Below are positions 27,426 to 36,962 of a stretch of 64,000 nucleotides of DNA, piece by piece; position 1 is the stretch's first letter; each line of letters opens with the position of its first letter. The translations under genes were made by a program, and so were the position numbers. The notes beneath the pieces are model-generated. The model saw only the letters and a program-made list of their open reading frames with translations. It did no database searches and had not been told where the DNA came from. This stretch comes from an uncultured Clostridia bacterium (GTDB lineage: Bacteria; Bacillota; Clostridia; TANB77; CAG-508): the NCBI GenBank assembly GCA_947629555.1, contig CANRED010000006.1:102-64101 (forward strand), in the 5' to 3' direction.

Positions 27426-28430
27426 ATGGATGAAAACTTATTAATTCCAAAAATACAAGATGAAACAGAAGAAAGAAATGAAAATAGTTTAAGACCAAAA
27501 ACTTTGGATGAATACATAGGTCAAACAAAAGTAAAGGAGAACATGAAGGTATATATTGAATCAGCCAAAAAAAGAAATGAAACTTTAGACCATGTATTAC
27601 TATATGGACCTCCGGGTCTTGGTAAAACTACTTTATCTAATATAATAGCAAATGAAATGAATTCAAATATAAGAATAACATCAGGACCAGCAATAGAAAA
27701 GCCAGGAGATTTAGCAGCATTACTTACAAATCTTTCTGAAAATGATGTTTTATTTATAGATGAAATTCATAGATTAAATAAAAGTGTTGAAGAAATATTG
27801 TATCCAGCTATGGAGGATTTTTCATTAGATATAATTATAGGAAAGGGACCAAGTGCTAGATCAATTAGATTGGATTTACCAAAGTTTACACTAATTGGTG
27901 CAACAACTAAAGCGGGTTCATTAACTACTCCTTTAAGAGATAGATTTGGAATAGTGAATAGATTAGAATTATATGATGAAAAAGATTTAAAAACAATAGT
28001 ATTAAGATCTGCAAAAATATTAAATATAGAAATAGACGATTTAGGAGCATTAGAAATTGCAAGACGTTCAAGAGGTACTCCAAGAATTGCAAACAGATTA
28101 TTAAAAAGAGTAAGAGACTATGCATCTGTTTTAGGAGATGGAAATATATCTCTTGATATTGCTAGAATTGCATTAGAAAAACTTGGGGTAGACGAATTAG
28201 GACTAGATGAAGTTGATAGAAAAATGTTAGAGACAATTATATTAAAATATACAGGGGGACCAGTTGGACTAGAAACACTAGCAGCAACAATAGGAGAAGA
28301 AACAGAAACAATAGAAGATGTATATGAGCCATATTTAATGCAAATTGGATTTTTGGCTAGAACACCGAGAGGAAGAGTAGCAACACCTCTTGCATATACA
28401 CATTTAGGATTAGAAATTCAAAATAAGTAA
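27426..28430 (+). CDS. ruvB: Holliday junction branch-migration helicase RuvB
   Basis: [27 protein letters not shown] and the arginine finger TTPLRDRFG. Confidence 0.95.
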   Translation: MDENLLIPKIQDETEERNENSLRPKTLDEYIGQTKVKENMKVYIESAKKRNETLDHVLLYGPPGLGKTTLSNIIANEMNSNIRITSGPAIEKPGDLAALLTNLSENDVLFIDEIHRLNKSVEEILYPAMEDFSLDIIIGKGPSARSIRLDLPKFTLIGATTKAGSLTTPLRDRFGIVNRLELYDEKDLKTIVLRSAKILNIEIDDLGALEIARRSRGTPRIANRLLKRVRDYASVLGDGNISLDIARIALEKLGVDELGLDEVDRKMLETIILKYTGGPVGLETLAATIGEETETIEDVYEPYLMQIGFLARTPRGRVATPLAYTHLGLEIQNK

Positions 28431-28441
28431 AGGAGAAAAAA

Positions 28442-29386
28442 ATGGATAAAATATCAGTAGTAGTTTCATGTTACAATGAGCAAGAAGCATTACCATTGTT
28501 TTATGAAGAGATAACTAAAATAGCAAAACAATTAAAACAAGCAGAATTTGAATTTATATTTGTAAACGATGGTTCAAAAGATAATACATTAAGTATAATA
28601 AAAGAATTGAGTAAAAAAGATGAAAGAGTAAAATACATATCATTTTCAAGAAATTTTGGAAAAGAATCTGCAATGTATGCAGGACTAAAAAGAGCAACAG
28701 GAGATTATATATCAATAATGGATGCAGATTTACAAGATCCTCCTAAATTATTAATTGAAATGTATGAAACATTAAAACAAAAAGAATATGACTGCGTTGC
28801 AACAAGAAGAGTTACAAGAAAAGGAGAACCACCAATACGTTCGTTCTTTGCGAGAATGTTCTATAAATTAATAAACAAAATATCAAAAACAGAAATAGTT
28901 GATGGGGCAAGAGATTTTAGACTTATGACTAAACAAATGGTAGAGGCAATACTTTCTATGGAGGAATATAATAGATTTTCAAAAGGAATATTTGGCTGGG
29001 TTGGATTTAATACAAAATGGCTAGAATATGAAAATGTAGAAAGAGTTGCAGGAGAAACAAAATGGTCATTTTGGAAATTGTTTAAATATTCAATAGATGG
29101 AATACTAGCATTTTCAACAGCTCCACTTGTTATATCTACAATAATGGGAATATTATTTTGCTTTGTAGCCTTTTTACTAATTATATTTGTAGTAGTAAAA
29201 ACATTAATATATGGAGATCCAGTATCTGGATGGCCTTCAACAATATGTATAATATTATTTGTAGGTGGAATTCAGCTATTCTGTATAGGAATAATTGGAC
29301 AATACCTATCAAAAACATATTTAGAAGTTAAAAAAAGACCAATATATATAGTAAAAGAAACTGAAGAAGATTTAAAGAAAGATTAA
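28442..29386 (+). CDS. Family 2 glycosyltransferase (polyprenyl-phosphate sugar transferase, GtrB/CsbB-like) with two C-terminal TM helices
   Basis: VVSCYNEQEAL and MDADLQDPP DxD region, plus a C-terminal membrane hairpin. Confidence 0.8.
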   Translation: MDKISVVVSCYNEQEALPLFYEEITKIAKQLKQAEFEFIFVNDGSKDNTLSIIKELSKKDERVKYISFSRNFGKESAMYAGLKRATGDYISIMDADLQDPPKLLIEMYETLKQKEYDCVATRRVTRKGEPPIRSFFARMFYKLINKISKTEIVDGARDFRLMTKQMVEAILSMEEYNRFSKGIFGWVGFNTKWLEYENVERVAGETKWSFWKLFKYSIDGILAFSTAPLVISTIMGILFCFVAFLLIIFVVVKTLIYGDPVSGWPSTICIILFVGGIQLFCIGIIGQYLSKTYLEVKKRPIYIVKETEEDLKKD

Positions 29387-29415
29387 TACTAAGAAAGGAG
29401 CATAAATAAAAGGTT

Positions 29416-29958
29416 ATGAAACTATTAATGCATACATGTTGTGCACCTTGCAGCGTATATTGCATAGATACATTACGAGCAGAAGGGATAGAACCAACAC
29501 TATATTGGTATAATCCCAATATACATCCATACAAAGAATACGAAACGCGTTTAAACACATTAAGAGAATATTCAAAAATTATAGATATAAATTTAATAGA
29601 AGAAAATGTATATGGATTAAGAGAATTTTGTAAAAATGTTGTAAACGATTTAGATAATAGATGTGTAAATTACTGTTATAGAGTTCGTTTAGAAAAAACA
29701 GTAAAATATGCAAAAGAAAATGGATATGATAGTTTTACAACAACACTATTAGTAAGTCCATACCAAAAACATGATGAAATAATAAAATTATGTAATGAAC
29801 TTGCTGATAAATATAATATAAATTTCATTTATAGAGATTTTAGAGTAGGCTTTAGAGAAGGACAAGCTAAAGCAAGAGAATTAGGATTATATATGCAAAA
29901 ATATTGTGGTTGTGTATTTTCAGAGGAAGATAGGTATATACATGCCAAAAATAAATAA
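29416..29958 (+). CDS. queH: Epoxyqueuosine reductase QueH (DUF208)
   Basis: LMHTCCAPCS start and CGCVFSEEDRY end, characteristic of QueH. Confidence 0.8.
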   Translation: MKLLMHTCCAPCSVYCIDTLRAEGIEPTLYWYNPNIHPYKEYETRLNTLREYSKIIDINLIEENVYGLREFCKNVVNDLDNRCVNYCYRVRLEKTVKYAKENGYDSFTTTLLVSPYQKHDEIIKLCNELADKYNINFIYRDFRVGFREGQAKARELGLYMQKYCGCVFSEEDRYIHAKNK

Positions 29959-30016
29959 GCCTATAACTGTAAACGATTTAGAAGATATAAATATAACAAT
30001 TAAAACGGAGGAGTGT

Positions 30017-31639
30017 ATGTTTAATAATCTGGGTAAAAAAATATTAGCAATACTTTTTATTATTATAATTTCTGCTAGCATTATTACATTTAGACTAATT
30101 GTATATGCAAAAGATAATACAGGCAATGAACAATATAAAGAAAATTATATACAATCTAATTCTAACGATTCAAATATTGTTTCTTTATATTGTTGGGAGA
30201 TATCTGATTTTAATTTATCAAAATTAAAAGACGAAGTTGAATATTTAAAGGTAAACACATTATATGTTCAAAAACCTGGAAACACATTAGAGAATGATAG
30301 ATTTAAAGAAATTATGGAATTTGCAAAACAATATAATATAGATGTGTTTTTATTAGATAGTGCACTAGATTGGCTTACTACAGGAGATATGACTAATGTA
30401 ACAAATTTAATTGATATGGCTTATGAAATGAACAAAACTTTAGATTATAAACTAAAAGGTGTTAGCCTAGATGTAGAATTCTATTTAACAGAAGAATATC
30501 AGGATGCTGATTATGAAGGACAGCTTGAATTATTTAGAATTTTTACAGAAAATACTAAAAAATGTTGTGACTATGCAAATAGACTTGGACTAGGATACTC
30601 TATGGCTCTTCCAGTATGGATGGATAAATTAGCAGGAGATGAATTAGAAGACTTAATAAATTATAATTATGACCATATTGCATTTATGAATTATTACAAA
30701 GAAACAATTATGGATAATATTAATGAAGAAGTTGAATTTGCTAGAAAAAACAATATAAAAATAGTATCTATAATAGAATTACAAGATCCTAGAAATGGTA
30801 ATGTTGGTGAAGAAGATACTTTTTATAATGATGGTTTGCAAGAAGCTATAGATACTTTAAGTAATATTCAACAAAAATATAATTATGAAAAATTGGGAAT
30901 ATCTTACCACTATTATAAACCACTTCTTGAACTATTAGAAAGAGATACTGATGTAGGAATTGAAAATAAATATGAAATTGAAGTATATCCTTATATAGAC
31001 GAAGAAAGTATTAAAGTTGATGAAGCAACTATTAGTAGTGATGATGGTACATGTCAGCCAATTTATGGATATTATAGCGATTCAGGAGAATATGTTGTTA
31101 ATTTCTATGGGTTAGAATATGGAAAAGAGTATACATTAACAATTAAAAGTGGAAACTATATCGGTACAAAAACTTTTACATATCAAAAAAATGATAAAGA
31201 TTTAGATAAACTGGAAATAGCTTATATAAGTATAGCATTAGAAGAAAATAAAGCAGAAGAAAAAGACCCTAATGAAACAAAACCAGAAGAAAGTAAGCCA
31301 GATAATGAAAAAGACCCTAATGAGACGAAACCAGAAGAAAGTAAACCGGATAATGAAAAGGACCCTACTGAAACAAAACCAGAAGAAAATAAACCAAATG
31401 AAGAAAAAGATTCTACTGAAACGAAACCAAATGAAAACAAACCAGTTGAAAAAAATCCAGAAACAACGAAAAATGAACAGTTAGAAGCGAATAAAGATAC
31501 AACAATGGCACAAACAATATTGCCACAAACAGGAAAAGACGATATTATAGAAAAATTATTAATTGTATCTATAATAGTTATGTTTAGTTTAGCAATAGTA
31601 AATAAAAGGTTATCAAGCAAAATAAGAGGAAACAAATAA
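30017..31639 (+). CDS. LPXTG (LPQTG)-anchored surface protein with an uncharacterised N-terminal domain and an acidic Lys/Pro/Glu repeat stalk
   Basis: ATG 30017 follows GGAGGAG. N-terminal TM/signal segment, about 3.5 copies of a 16-aa repeat, then LPQTG, a TM helix and a basic tail. Confidence 0.75.
   Translation: MFNNLGKKILAILFIIIISASIITFRLIVYAKDNTGNEQYKENYIQSNSNDSNIVSLYCWEISDFNLSKLKDEVEYLKVNTLYVQKPGNTLENDRFKEIMEFAKQYNIDVFLLDSALDWLTTGDMTNVTNLIDMAYEMNKTLDYKLKGVSLDVEFYLTEEYQDADYEGQLELFRIFTENTKKCCDYANRLGLGYSMALPVWMDKLAGDELEDLINYNYDHIAFMNYYKETIMDNINEEVEFARKNNIKIVSIIELQDPRNGNVGEEDTFYNDGLQEAIDTLSNIQQKYNYEKLGISYHYYKPLLELLERDTDVGIENKYEIEVYPYIDEESIKVDEATISSDDGTCQPIYGYYSDSGEYVVNFYGLEYGKEYTLTIKSGNYIGTKTFTYQKNDKDLDKLEIAYISIALEENKAEEKDPNETKPEESKPDNEKDPNETKPEESKPDNEKDPTETKPEENKPNEEKDSTETKPNENKPVEKNPETTKNEQLEANKDTTMAQTILPQTGKDDIIEKLLIVSIIVMFSLAIVNKRLSSKIRGNK
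31259..31450 (+). repeat. 48-bp in-frame tandem repeat (about 4 units)
   Basis: GAAAAAGACCCTAATGAAACAAAACCAGAAGAAAGTAAGCCAGATAAT and diverging copies. Confidence 0.85.
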
Positions 31640-31644
31640 ATAAT

Positions 31645-32220
31645 ATGGAAGAAAAATTACAAAAATTATATAACGAATGTATTAAAGAACTAAATTCGAT
31701 TAAAATAAATGTAGTAGATAATGTAAATATTGGAGAAATAGATATAAGCCTTGCAAAAAGAAATTCTAAAAGATATGGCTGTTGCAAACAAGAAGAACCA
31801 TGTAAAAACTGCTACCATATTGTAAAAAGGGGTAAAAGAAAAGTAAAACAGTATGATGTATTTAAAAAACACCATATAGAAATTAGTAAATGGGTAATGG
31901 AGTTAGATGAGAAAATTATTAAAAATACAATAATGCATGAAATAATACACTGCTTACCTAATTGTAATAATCATGGTGTAGAATTTAAAAAATATGCAAA
32001 TTACATAAATAAAAATTTAGATTATAATATAACAAGATTAGGAAATAAGGAAGAAGATTTTAAAAAAAGTAATTTAGAATATACAGAAAAAACAAAAGAA
32101 TGCAAATACAAAATAATATGTACAAAATGTGGACAACTTATATATAGGCAAAGATTTAGAAAAGATATAATAAGTAAGTATAGATGCGGTAAATGTGGCG
32201 GAACTTTAAAGTTGTGTTGA
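31645..32220 (+). CDS. SprT-like zinc metalloprotease-domain protein with a C-terminal zinc ribbon
   Basis: HEIIH motif and CTKCG...CGKCGG. Confidence 0.65.
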   Translation: MEEKLQKLYNECIKELNSIKINVVDNVNIGEIDISLAKRNSKRYGCCKQEEPCKNCYHIVKRGKRKVKQYDVFKKHHIEISKWVMELDEKIIKNTIMHEIIHCLPNCNNHGVEFKKYANYINKNLDYNITRLGNKEEDFKKSNLEYTEKTKECKYKIICTKCGQLIYRQRFRKDIISKYRCGKCGGTLKLC

Positions 32221-32235
32221 GATTAGGAGGCATAA

Positions 32236-34947
32236 ATGGAGAAGTTATTATTAATAGATGGAAATAGCATTATAAATAGAGCTTTTTATGGAATTATGAA
32301 TTCTAAAATGCTTATGACAGAGGACGGAACATATACAAATGCAGTATATGGATTTTTAGCTATAATGTTTAAAACATTAGAAGAGGTTGAACCAGATTAT
32401 TTAGCTATAGCCTTTGATTTAAAAGCTCCTACACATAGACATAAATTATATGAACAGTACAAAGCAACAAGAAAGGGAATGCCAAACGAACTTGCAAGTC
32501 AAATGCCTATACTAAAAGACGTTTTAAGAGCAATGAATATAAAAATTGTTGAAAAAGAAGGATACGAAGCAGACGATATATTAGGAACATTAGCAAAATG
32601 GGGAGAAAAAGAAAACTTAAATGTAACTGTACTTACAGGGGATAGAGATTATTTTCAATTAGCAAGCAAAAACATAATAATAAAAATACCTAGAACAAAA
32701 ATGGGAAAAACAGAAACAGAAGATTTTGATGAACAAAAAATAATAGAAACTTATGGATTAGAGCCAGCAAAACTAATAGAAGTAAAAGGACTTATGGGAG
32801 ATACATCTGATAACATACCAGGAGTACCAGGAATAGGAGAAAAAACGGCAATTAACCTAGTAAAATCTTATTCATCAATAGAAAATTTATATAAACAATT
32901 AGAAAATAATACAGATAGTTTAAAAGGAAAAGTAAGGGAGAATTTAGTTAATAATAAAGATTTAGCAATTCTTTCAAAAACACTTGGAACAATAGATATA
33001 AATTCTCCAATAGATAAAAATTTAGAAAGCATAAAAAAACAAGAATGGAATAAAGAAGAAGTATTAGAGATTTTTAAAAAATTACGATTTAATAGATTCA
33101 TAGAAAGATTTAATTTAACCGATATAAGCAATCCTGTTGTAAGTGACACAAAAAATATTGAAAGAGTTGAATATGAGGCTATAGATAATTATTCAAAAAT
33201 AGTGGATATCATAAAAAAAGAAAATAAAATGTATTATTACTTTGAAACTAAAAAAGTAGAAGATGAAAAATTAATTATAAAAGAAGAAATAAAAAATGTA
33301 TATATTTATATAGAAAGTCTTAAAAAGGCATTTTATACAAATAATATAAATGCTTTAAAAGAATGTTTTGAAAACGAGAAGATTTTAAAAATTGGATACA
33401 AGCAAAAACATGATTATATATTATTGAAACAAATTGGTATAAACCCCAATAATATGATGCTTGATATAGAAATAGCAGCATATTTACTTAATTCTACGAT
33501 AAGTAAATATACAATAGATTACTTAGCTCTAGAACATATAGCATTTGATATAAATGAGTATTTAAATACATTCGATATAAAACAGACAGACACACAAGAG
33601 CAAATGAATTTATTTGATTTATCTACTGAAAATAATAATAATTCTAACATAGAATTAAATTCAGTATATGCATATTTAATTAAAAAAATATCAGATAAAT
33701 TATGTGAAAAATTAGAAGAATTAGATTTAATGGATTTATTTAAAGATATTGAAATGCCTGTATCTGAGATATTAGCACAAATGCAATATGAAGGAATGTA
33801 TGTAGATAAAAACGAACTTATTGAATATGGAAAAGAACTACAAAAACAAAAAGATGAATTAACAAGTGAAATATACAATTTGTGTGGTCAAGAATTTAAT
33901 ATAAATTCTCCAAAACAATTAGGAGAAATACTATTCGAAAAATTAGGTTTAACAAGTGCTAAGAAAAACAAAAATGGATATTCAACAGATGTTGATGTAC
34001 TAGAAAAAATAAAAAGTGAACATCCTGTAATTGAAAAAATATTAGATTACAGGCAAATTGCAAAACTTATTACAACTTATGTTGATGGACTAATGCCATA
34101 TATAAATAAAAACACAGGGAAAATACACTCATATTTTCACCAAACAGTAACAGCAACAGGAAGAGTTAGTAGCTCAGACCCTAACTTGCAAAATATTCCT
34201 ACAAGAATAGAGTTAGGAAAAAAATTGAGAAAAGTATTTAAACCAGGAGAAGGGAAAATATATATAGATGCAGATTATTCTCAAATTGAATTAAGAGTAT
34301 TAGCACATATAAGTCAAGATAAGCATATGGTAGAAGCATTTAATAATGATGAAGATATACACGCACAAGCTGCATCAAAAATTTTTAATGTTGATTTAAA
34401 AGATGTAACAAAAGAGCAGAGAGGAAAAGCAAAAGCAGTTAATTTTGGAATAGTATATGGAATAAGTGATTTTGGCTTAGGAGAACAAATTGGAGTTGGC
34501 AGAAAACAAGCAAAAGCATATATAGATGAATACTTAAATGAATACAAAGGAATAAAAAAATTCATGAACAATATTGTAGAAAGCGCAAAAGAAAAGGGGT
34601 ATGTAGAAACTTTATATAAAAGAAGAAGATATGTTCCAGAAATAAAATCAAATAATTATGTAGTTAGACAGTTTGGAACGAGAGTCGCAATGAATACACC
34701 AATTCAAGGCACTGCAGCAGATATAATGAAAATTGCTATGATAAATGTATATAAACAATTAAAAGAAAATAATTTAAAATCAAAATTAGTATTACAAGTA
34801 CATGATGAATTAATATTAGAAAGTCCAATAGAAGAAAAAGAAATTGCACAAAAACTATTGAAAAATTGTATGGAAAATGCTATAAAATTAAGAGTGCCAC
34901 TTAAGGCAGAAATATCAGAAGGGTATAACTGGTATGAACTAAAATAA
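32236..34947 (+). CDS. polA: DNA polymerase I
   Basis: 5' nuclease domain (LLLIDGNSIINRAFY), RVSSSDPNLQNIP, DYSQIELRVLAH and QVHDEL motifs. 903 aa. Confidence 0.97.
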   Translation: MEKLLLIDGNSIINRAFYGIMNSKMLMTEDGTYTNAVYGFLAIMFKTLEEVEPDYLAIAFDLKAPTHRHKLYEQYKATRKGMPNELASQMPILKDVLRAMNIKIVEKEGYEADDILGTLAKWGEKENLNVTVLTGDRDYFQLASKNIIIKIPRTKMGKTETEDFDEQKIIETYGLEPAKLIEVKGLMGDTSDNIPGVPGIGEKTAINLVKSYSSIENLYKQLENNTDSLKGKVRENLVNNKDLAILSKTLGTIDINSPIDKNLESIKKQEWNKEEVLEIFKKLRFNRFIERFNLTDISNPVVSDTKNIERVEYEAIDNYSKIVDIIKKENKMYYYFETKKVEDEKLIIKEEIKNVYIYIESLKKAFYTNNINALKECFENEKILKIGYKQKHDYILLKQIGINPNNMMLDIEIAAYLLNSTISKYTIDYLALEHIAFDINEYLNTFDIKQTDTQEQMNLFDLSTENNNNSNIELNSVYAYLIKKISDKLCEKLEELDLMDLFKDIEMPVSEILAQMQYEGMYVDKNELIEYGKELQKQKDELTSEIYNLCGQEFNINSPKQLGEILFEKLGLTSAKKNKNGYSTDVDVLEKIKSEHPVIEKILDYRQIAKLITTYVDGLMPYINKNTGKIHSYFHQTVTATGRVSSSDPNLQNIPTRIELGKKLRKVFKPGEGKIYIDADYSQIELRVLAHISQDKHMVEAFNNDEDIHAQAASKIFNVDLKDVTKEQRGKAKAVNFGIVYGISDFGLGEQIGVGRKQAKAYIDEYLNEYKGIKKFMNNIVESAKEKGYVETLYKRRRYVPEIKSNNYVVRQFGTRVAMNTPIQGTAADIMKIAMINVYKQLKENNLKSKLVLQVHDELILESPIEEKEIAQKLLKNCMENAIKLRVPLKAEISEGYNWYELK

Positions 34948-34969
34948 CTAAAGATTAGGAGTTTGCAAA

Positions 34970-35578
34970 TTGGAAAAGACAGTAAAAAGAAATCAAGAGT
35001 CTAGCATAAATAACTTAAAAGTTATTAAAAAGTCTATATTATCAATACTTATTTTGACAATAATTTTAATAATGTTATTTAATATAATAAGAGTACAAGA
35101 TATTGTAATAAGAAAAATATATCCACAAAAATACAATGAATATGTTGAAAAGTATGCAAATGAATATGGAATAGATAGCATGTTAGTATATGCAATAATA
35201 AAAGCAGAAAGCAATTTTAATCCAAATATAAAATCTAGTAGTAATGCAGTTGGGCTTATGCAGTTATTAGATGAAACAGCAAAAGAAACAGCAGGAAAAG
35301 TAGGTATAGAATATACAGATAACTGCTTATATAATCCGGAAATTAATATACAGTTAGGAATAAAATATTATTCTGAATTACTAGAAGAATATAACAATAA
35401 TTATATGTTAGCATTAACTGCTTATAATGCAGGAACAGGAAACTTAAAAAAATGGCTAGAACAAGGAATATTAAATGAAGATGGAAGTAATATTGAAAAT
35501 ATTCCATATAAAGAAACAAATAATTATGTTAGAAAAATAGTAAGAGACTATAATATTTATAAAGATTTATACAATTAA
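34970..35578 (+). CDS. Membrane-anchored lytic transglycosylase (Slt domain)
   Basis: AIIKAESNFNP, GLMQL and AYNAG motifs. TTG start after AGGAG. Confidence 0.8.
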   Translation: MEKTVKRNQESSINNLKVIKKSILSILILTIILIMLFNIIRVQDIVIRKIYPQKYNEYVEKYANEYGIDSMLVYAIIKAESNFNPNIKSSSNAVGLMQLLDETAKETAGKVGIEYTDNCLYNPEINIQLGIKYYSELLEEYNNNYMLALTAYNAGTGNLKKWLEQGILNEDGSNIENIPYKETNNYVRKIVRDYNIYKDLYN

Positions 35579-35582
35579 GACT

Positions 35583-35613
35583 GTAGGAGTCGATGCCCTC
35601 ATCGACCCGTTTC
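35583..35613 (+). repeat. REP-like GTAG hairpin
   Basis: GTAG GAGTCGATG-ccct-CATCGACCC GTTTC. Confidence 0.7.
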
Positions 35614-35664
35614 TAGAGTAATAACAAAAATTGGTTAATATATTTTATTATAGGAGGTATAATT

Positions 35665-36681
35665 ATGTCAGTACTAGTAACAGGAGGCGCAGGATTTATT
35701 GGAAGTCATACAGCAGTGGAATTATTAGAAGCAGGAAGGGAAATAGTTATATTAGACAATTTTTCAAACAGTAAACCAGAGGCAATAGAGGCAATAAAGA
35801 AAATTACAGGAAAAGACTTTAAATTTTATGAAATAGATTATACAAATAAAAAAGAATTAGAAAAAATTTTTGAAGAAAATAAAATAGATTCTGTAATGAA
35901 TTTTGCAGGCTATAAAGCTGTAGGAGAATCGGTAGCAAAACCAATAGAATATTATACAAACAATGTATCTGGAGCATTAGTATTATTAGACACAATGAGA
36001 AAATATGGAGTAAAAAAATTTATTTTTAGTTCATCTGCAACAGTATATGGAGATCCAGAAGTAGTGCCTATTACGGAAAACTGTAAAATAGGTGGTACTA
36101 CAAATCCTTATGGGACAAGCAAATTATTTATAGAGCAAATATTACAGGATTTATATAAATCAGATAATACATGGGATATTGCAATATTAAGATATTTTAA
36201 TCCAGTTGGTGCACATTCAACAGGATTAATAGGAGAAGAGCCACAAGGAATACCAAATAATTTAATGCCATATATATCAAGAGTTGCAGCTGGAATATTA
36301 AAAGAATTATCTGTATTTGGAAATGATTATAATACACCAGATGGAACTGGTATTAGAGATTATATTCACGTTGTAGATTTAGCAAAAGGACATATAAAAG
36401 CGTTAGAAAAATTAGAAAAAGAAAGTAAAGGATTATACATATATAATTTAGGTACTGGAACTGGATATAGTGTTTTAGACATGGTAAAAGCATTTGAAAA
36501 GGCAACAGGACAAAATGTACCATATAAAATTACAGAAAGAAGACCTGGAGATATTGCAACATGTTATGCAGATCCAACAAAAGCAAAAAATGAACTAAAT
36601 TGGACTGCAGAATTAGGAATAGAAGAAATGTGCAGAGATTCATGGAATTTTATACAAGCAAAAAGCAAAGGAGAAATGTAA
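35665..36681 (+). CDS. galE: UDP-glucose 4-epimerase
   Basis: VLVTGGAGFIGSH Rossmann motif, SSSATVYG and YGTSK catalytic motif. Confidence 0.93.
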   Translation: MSVLVTGGAGFIGSHTAVELLEAGREIVILDNFSNSKPEAIEAIKKITGKDFKFYEIDYTNKKELEKIFEENKIDSVMNFAGYKAVGESVAKPIEYYTNNVSGALVLLDTMRKYGVKKFIFSSSATVYGDPEVVPITENCKIGGTTNPYGTSKLFIEQILQDLYKSDNTWDIAILRYFNPVGAHSTGLIGEEPQGIPNNLMPYISRVAAGILKELSVFGNDYNTPDGTGIRDYIHVVDLAKGHIKALEKLEKESKGLYIYNLGTGTGYSVLDMVKAFEKATGQNVPYKITERRPGDIATCYADPTKAKNELNWTAELGIEEMCRDSWNFIQAKSKGEM

Positions 36682-36708
36682 AATGAAAACTCTAAAACCC
36701 TTGGTATT

Positions 36709-36742
<34 letters not shown>

Positions 36743-36772
36743 TAATTTAGTAAACAAAATTAACAAACATAG

Positions 36773-36829
36773 AAAACACACACTATTCTATGTGTATTTT
36801 TGATACGCATAAAATAGTGTGTGTTTTTT
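36773..36829 (+). terminator. Long-loop hairpin with CA/GT-rich arms and a T-run (probable galE terminator)
   Basis: AAAACACACACTATT (36773-36787) pairs with AATAGTGTGTGTTTT (36813-36827), followed by extra T residues. Confidence 0.6.
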
Positions 36830-36962
36830 GCAAAAAAAAGTAAAATAAGGAAGAAATTTGCATTTACAAATAAGAGCAAAAATGATAATATAAACATAGT
36901 ATGGATAAACATAGTAAGAACTAATAAAAATTCAAATATTAATAGTAAATTTGGAGGTACTT

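Noticed and set aside
29906-30016. A long N-terminal extension of the LPXTG protein overlapping the queH 3' end (ORF start at 29906 or 29942).
   Set aside because: It overlaps queH by more than 50 nt and has no RBS. ATG 30017 follows GGAGGAG and is immediately followed by a signal/TM segment.
31272-31484. A Lys-rich 70-aa alternative-frame ORF within the 48-bp repeat region.
   Set aside because: It is a frame artefact of the tandem repeat inside the LPXTG gene and has no RBS.
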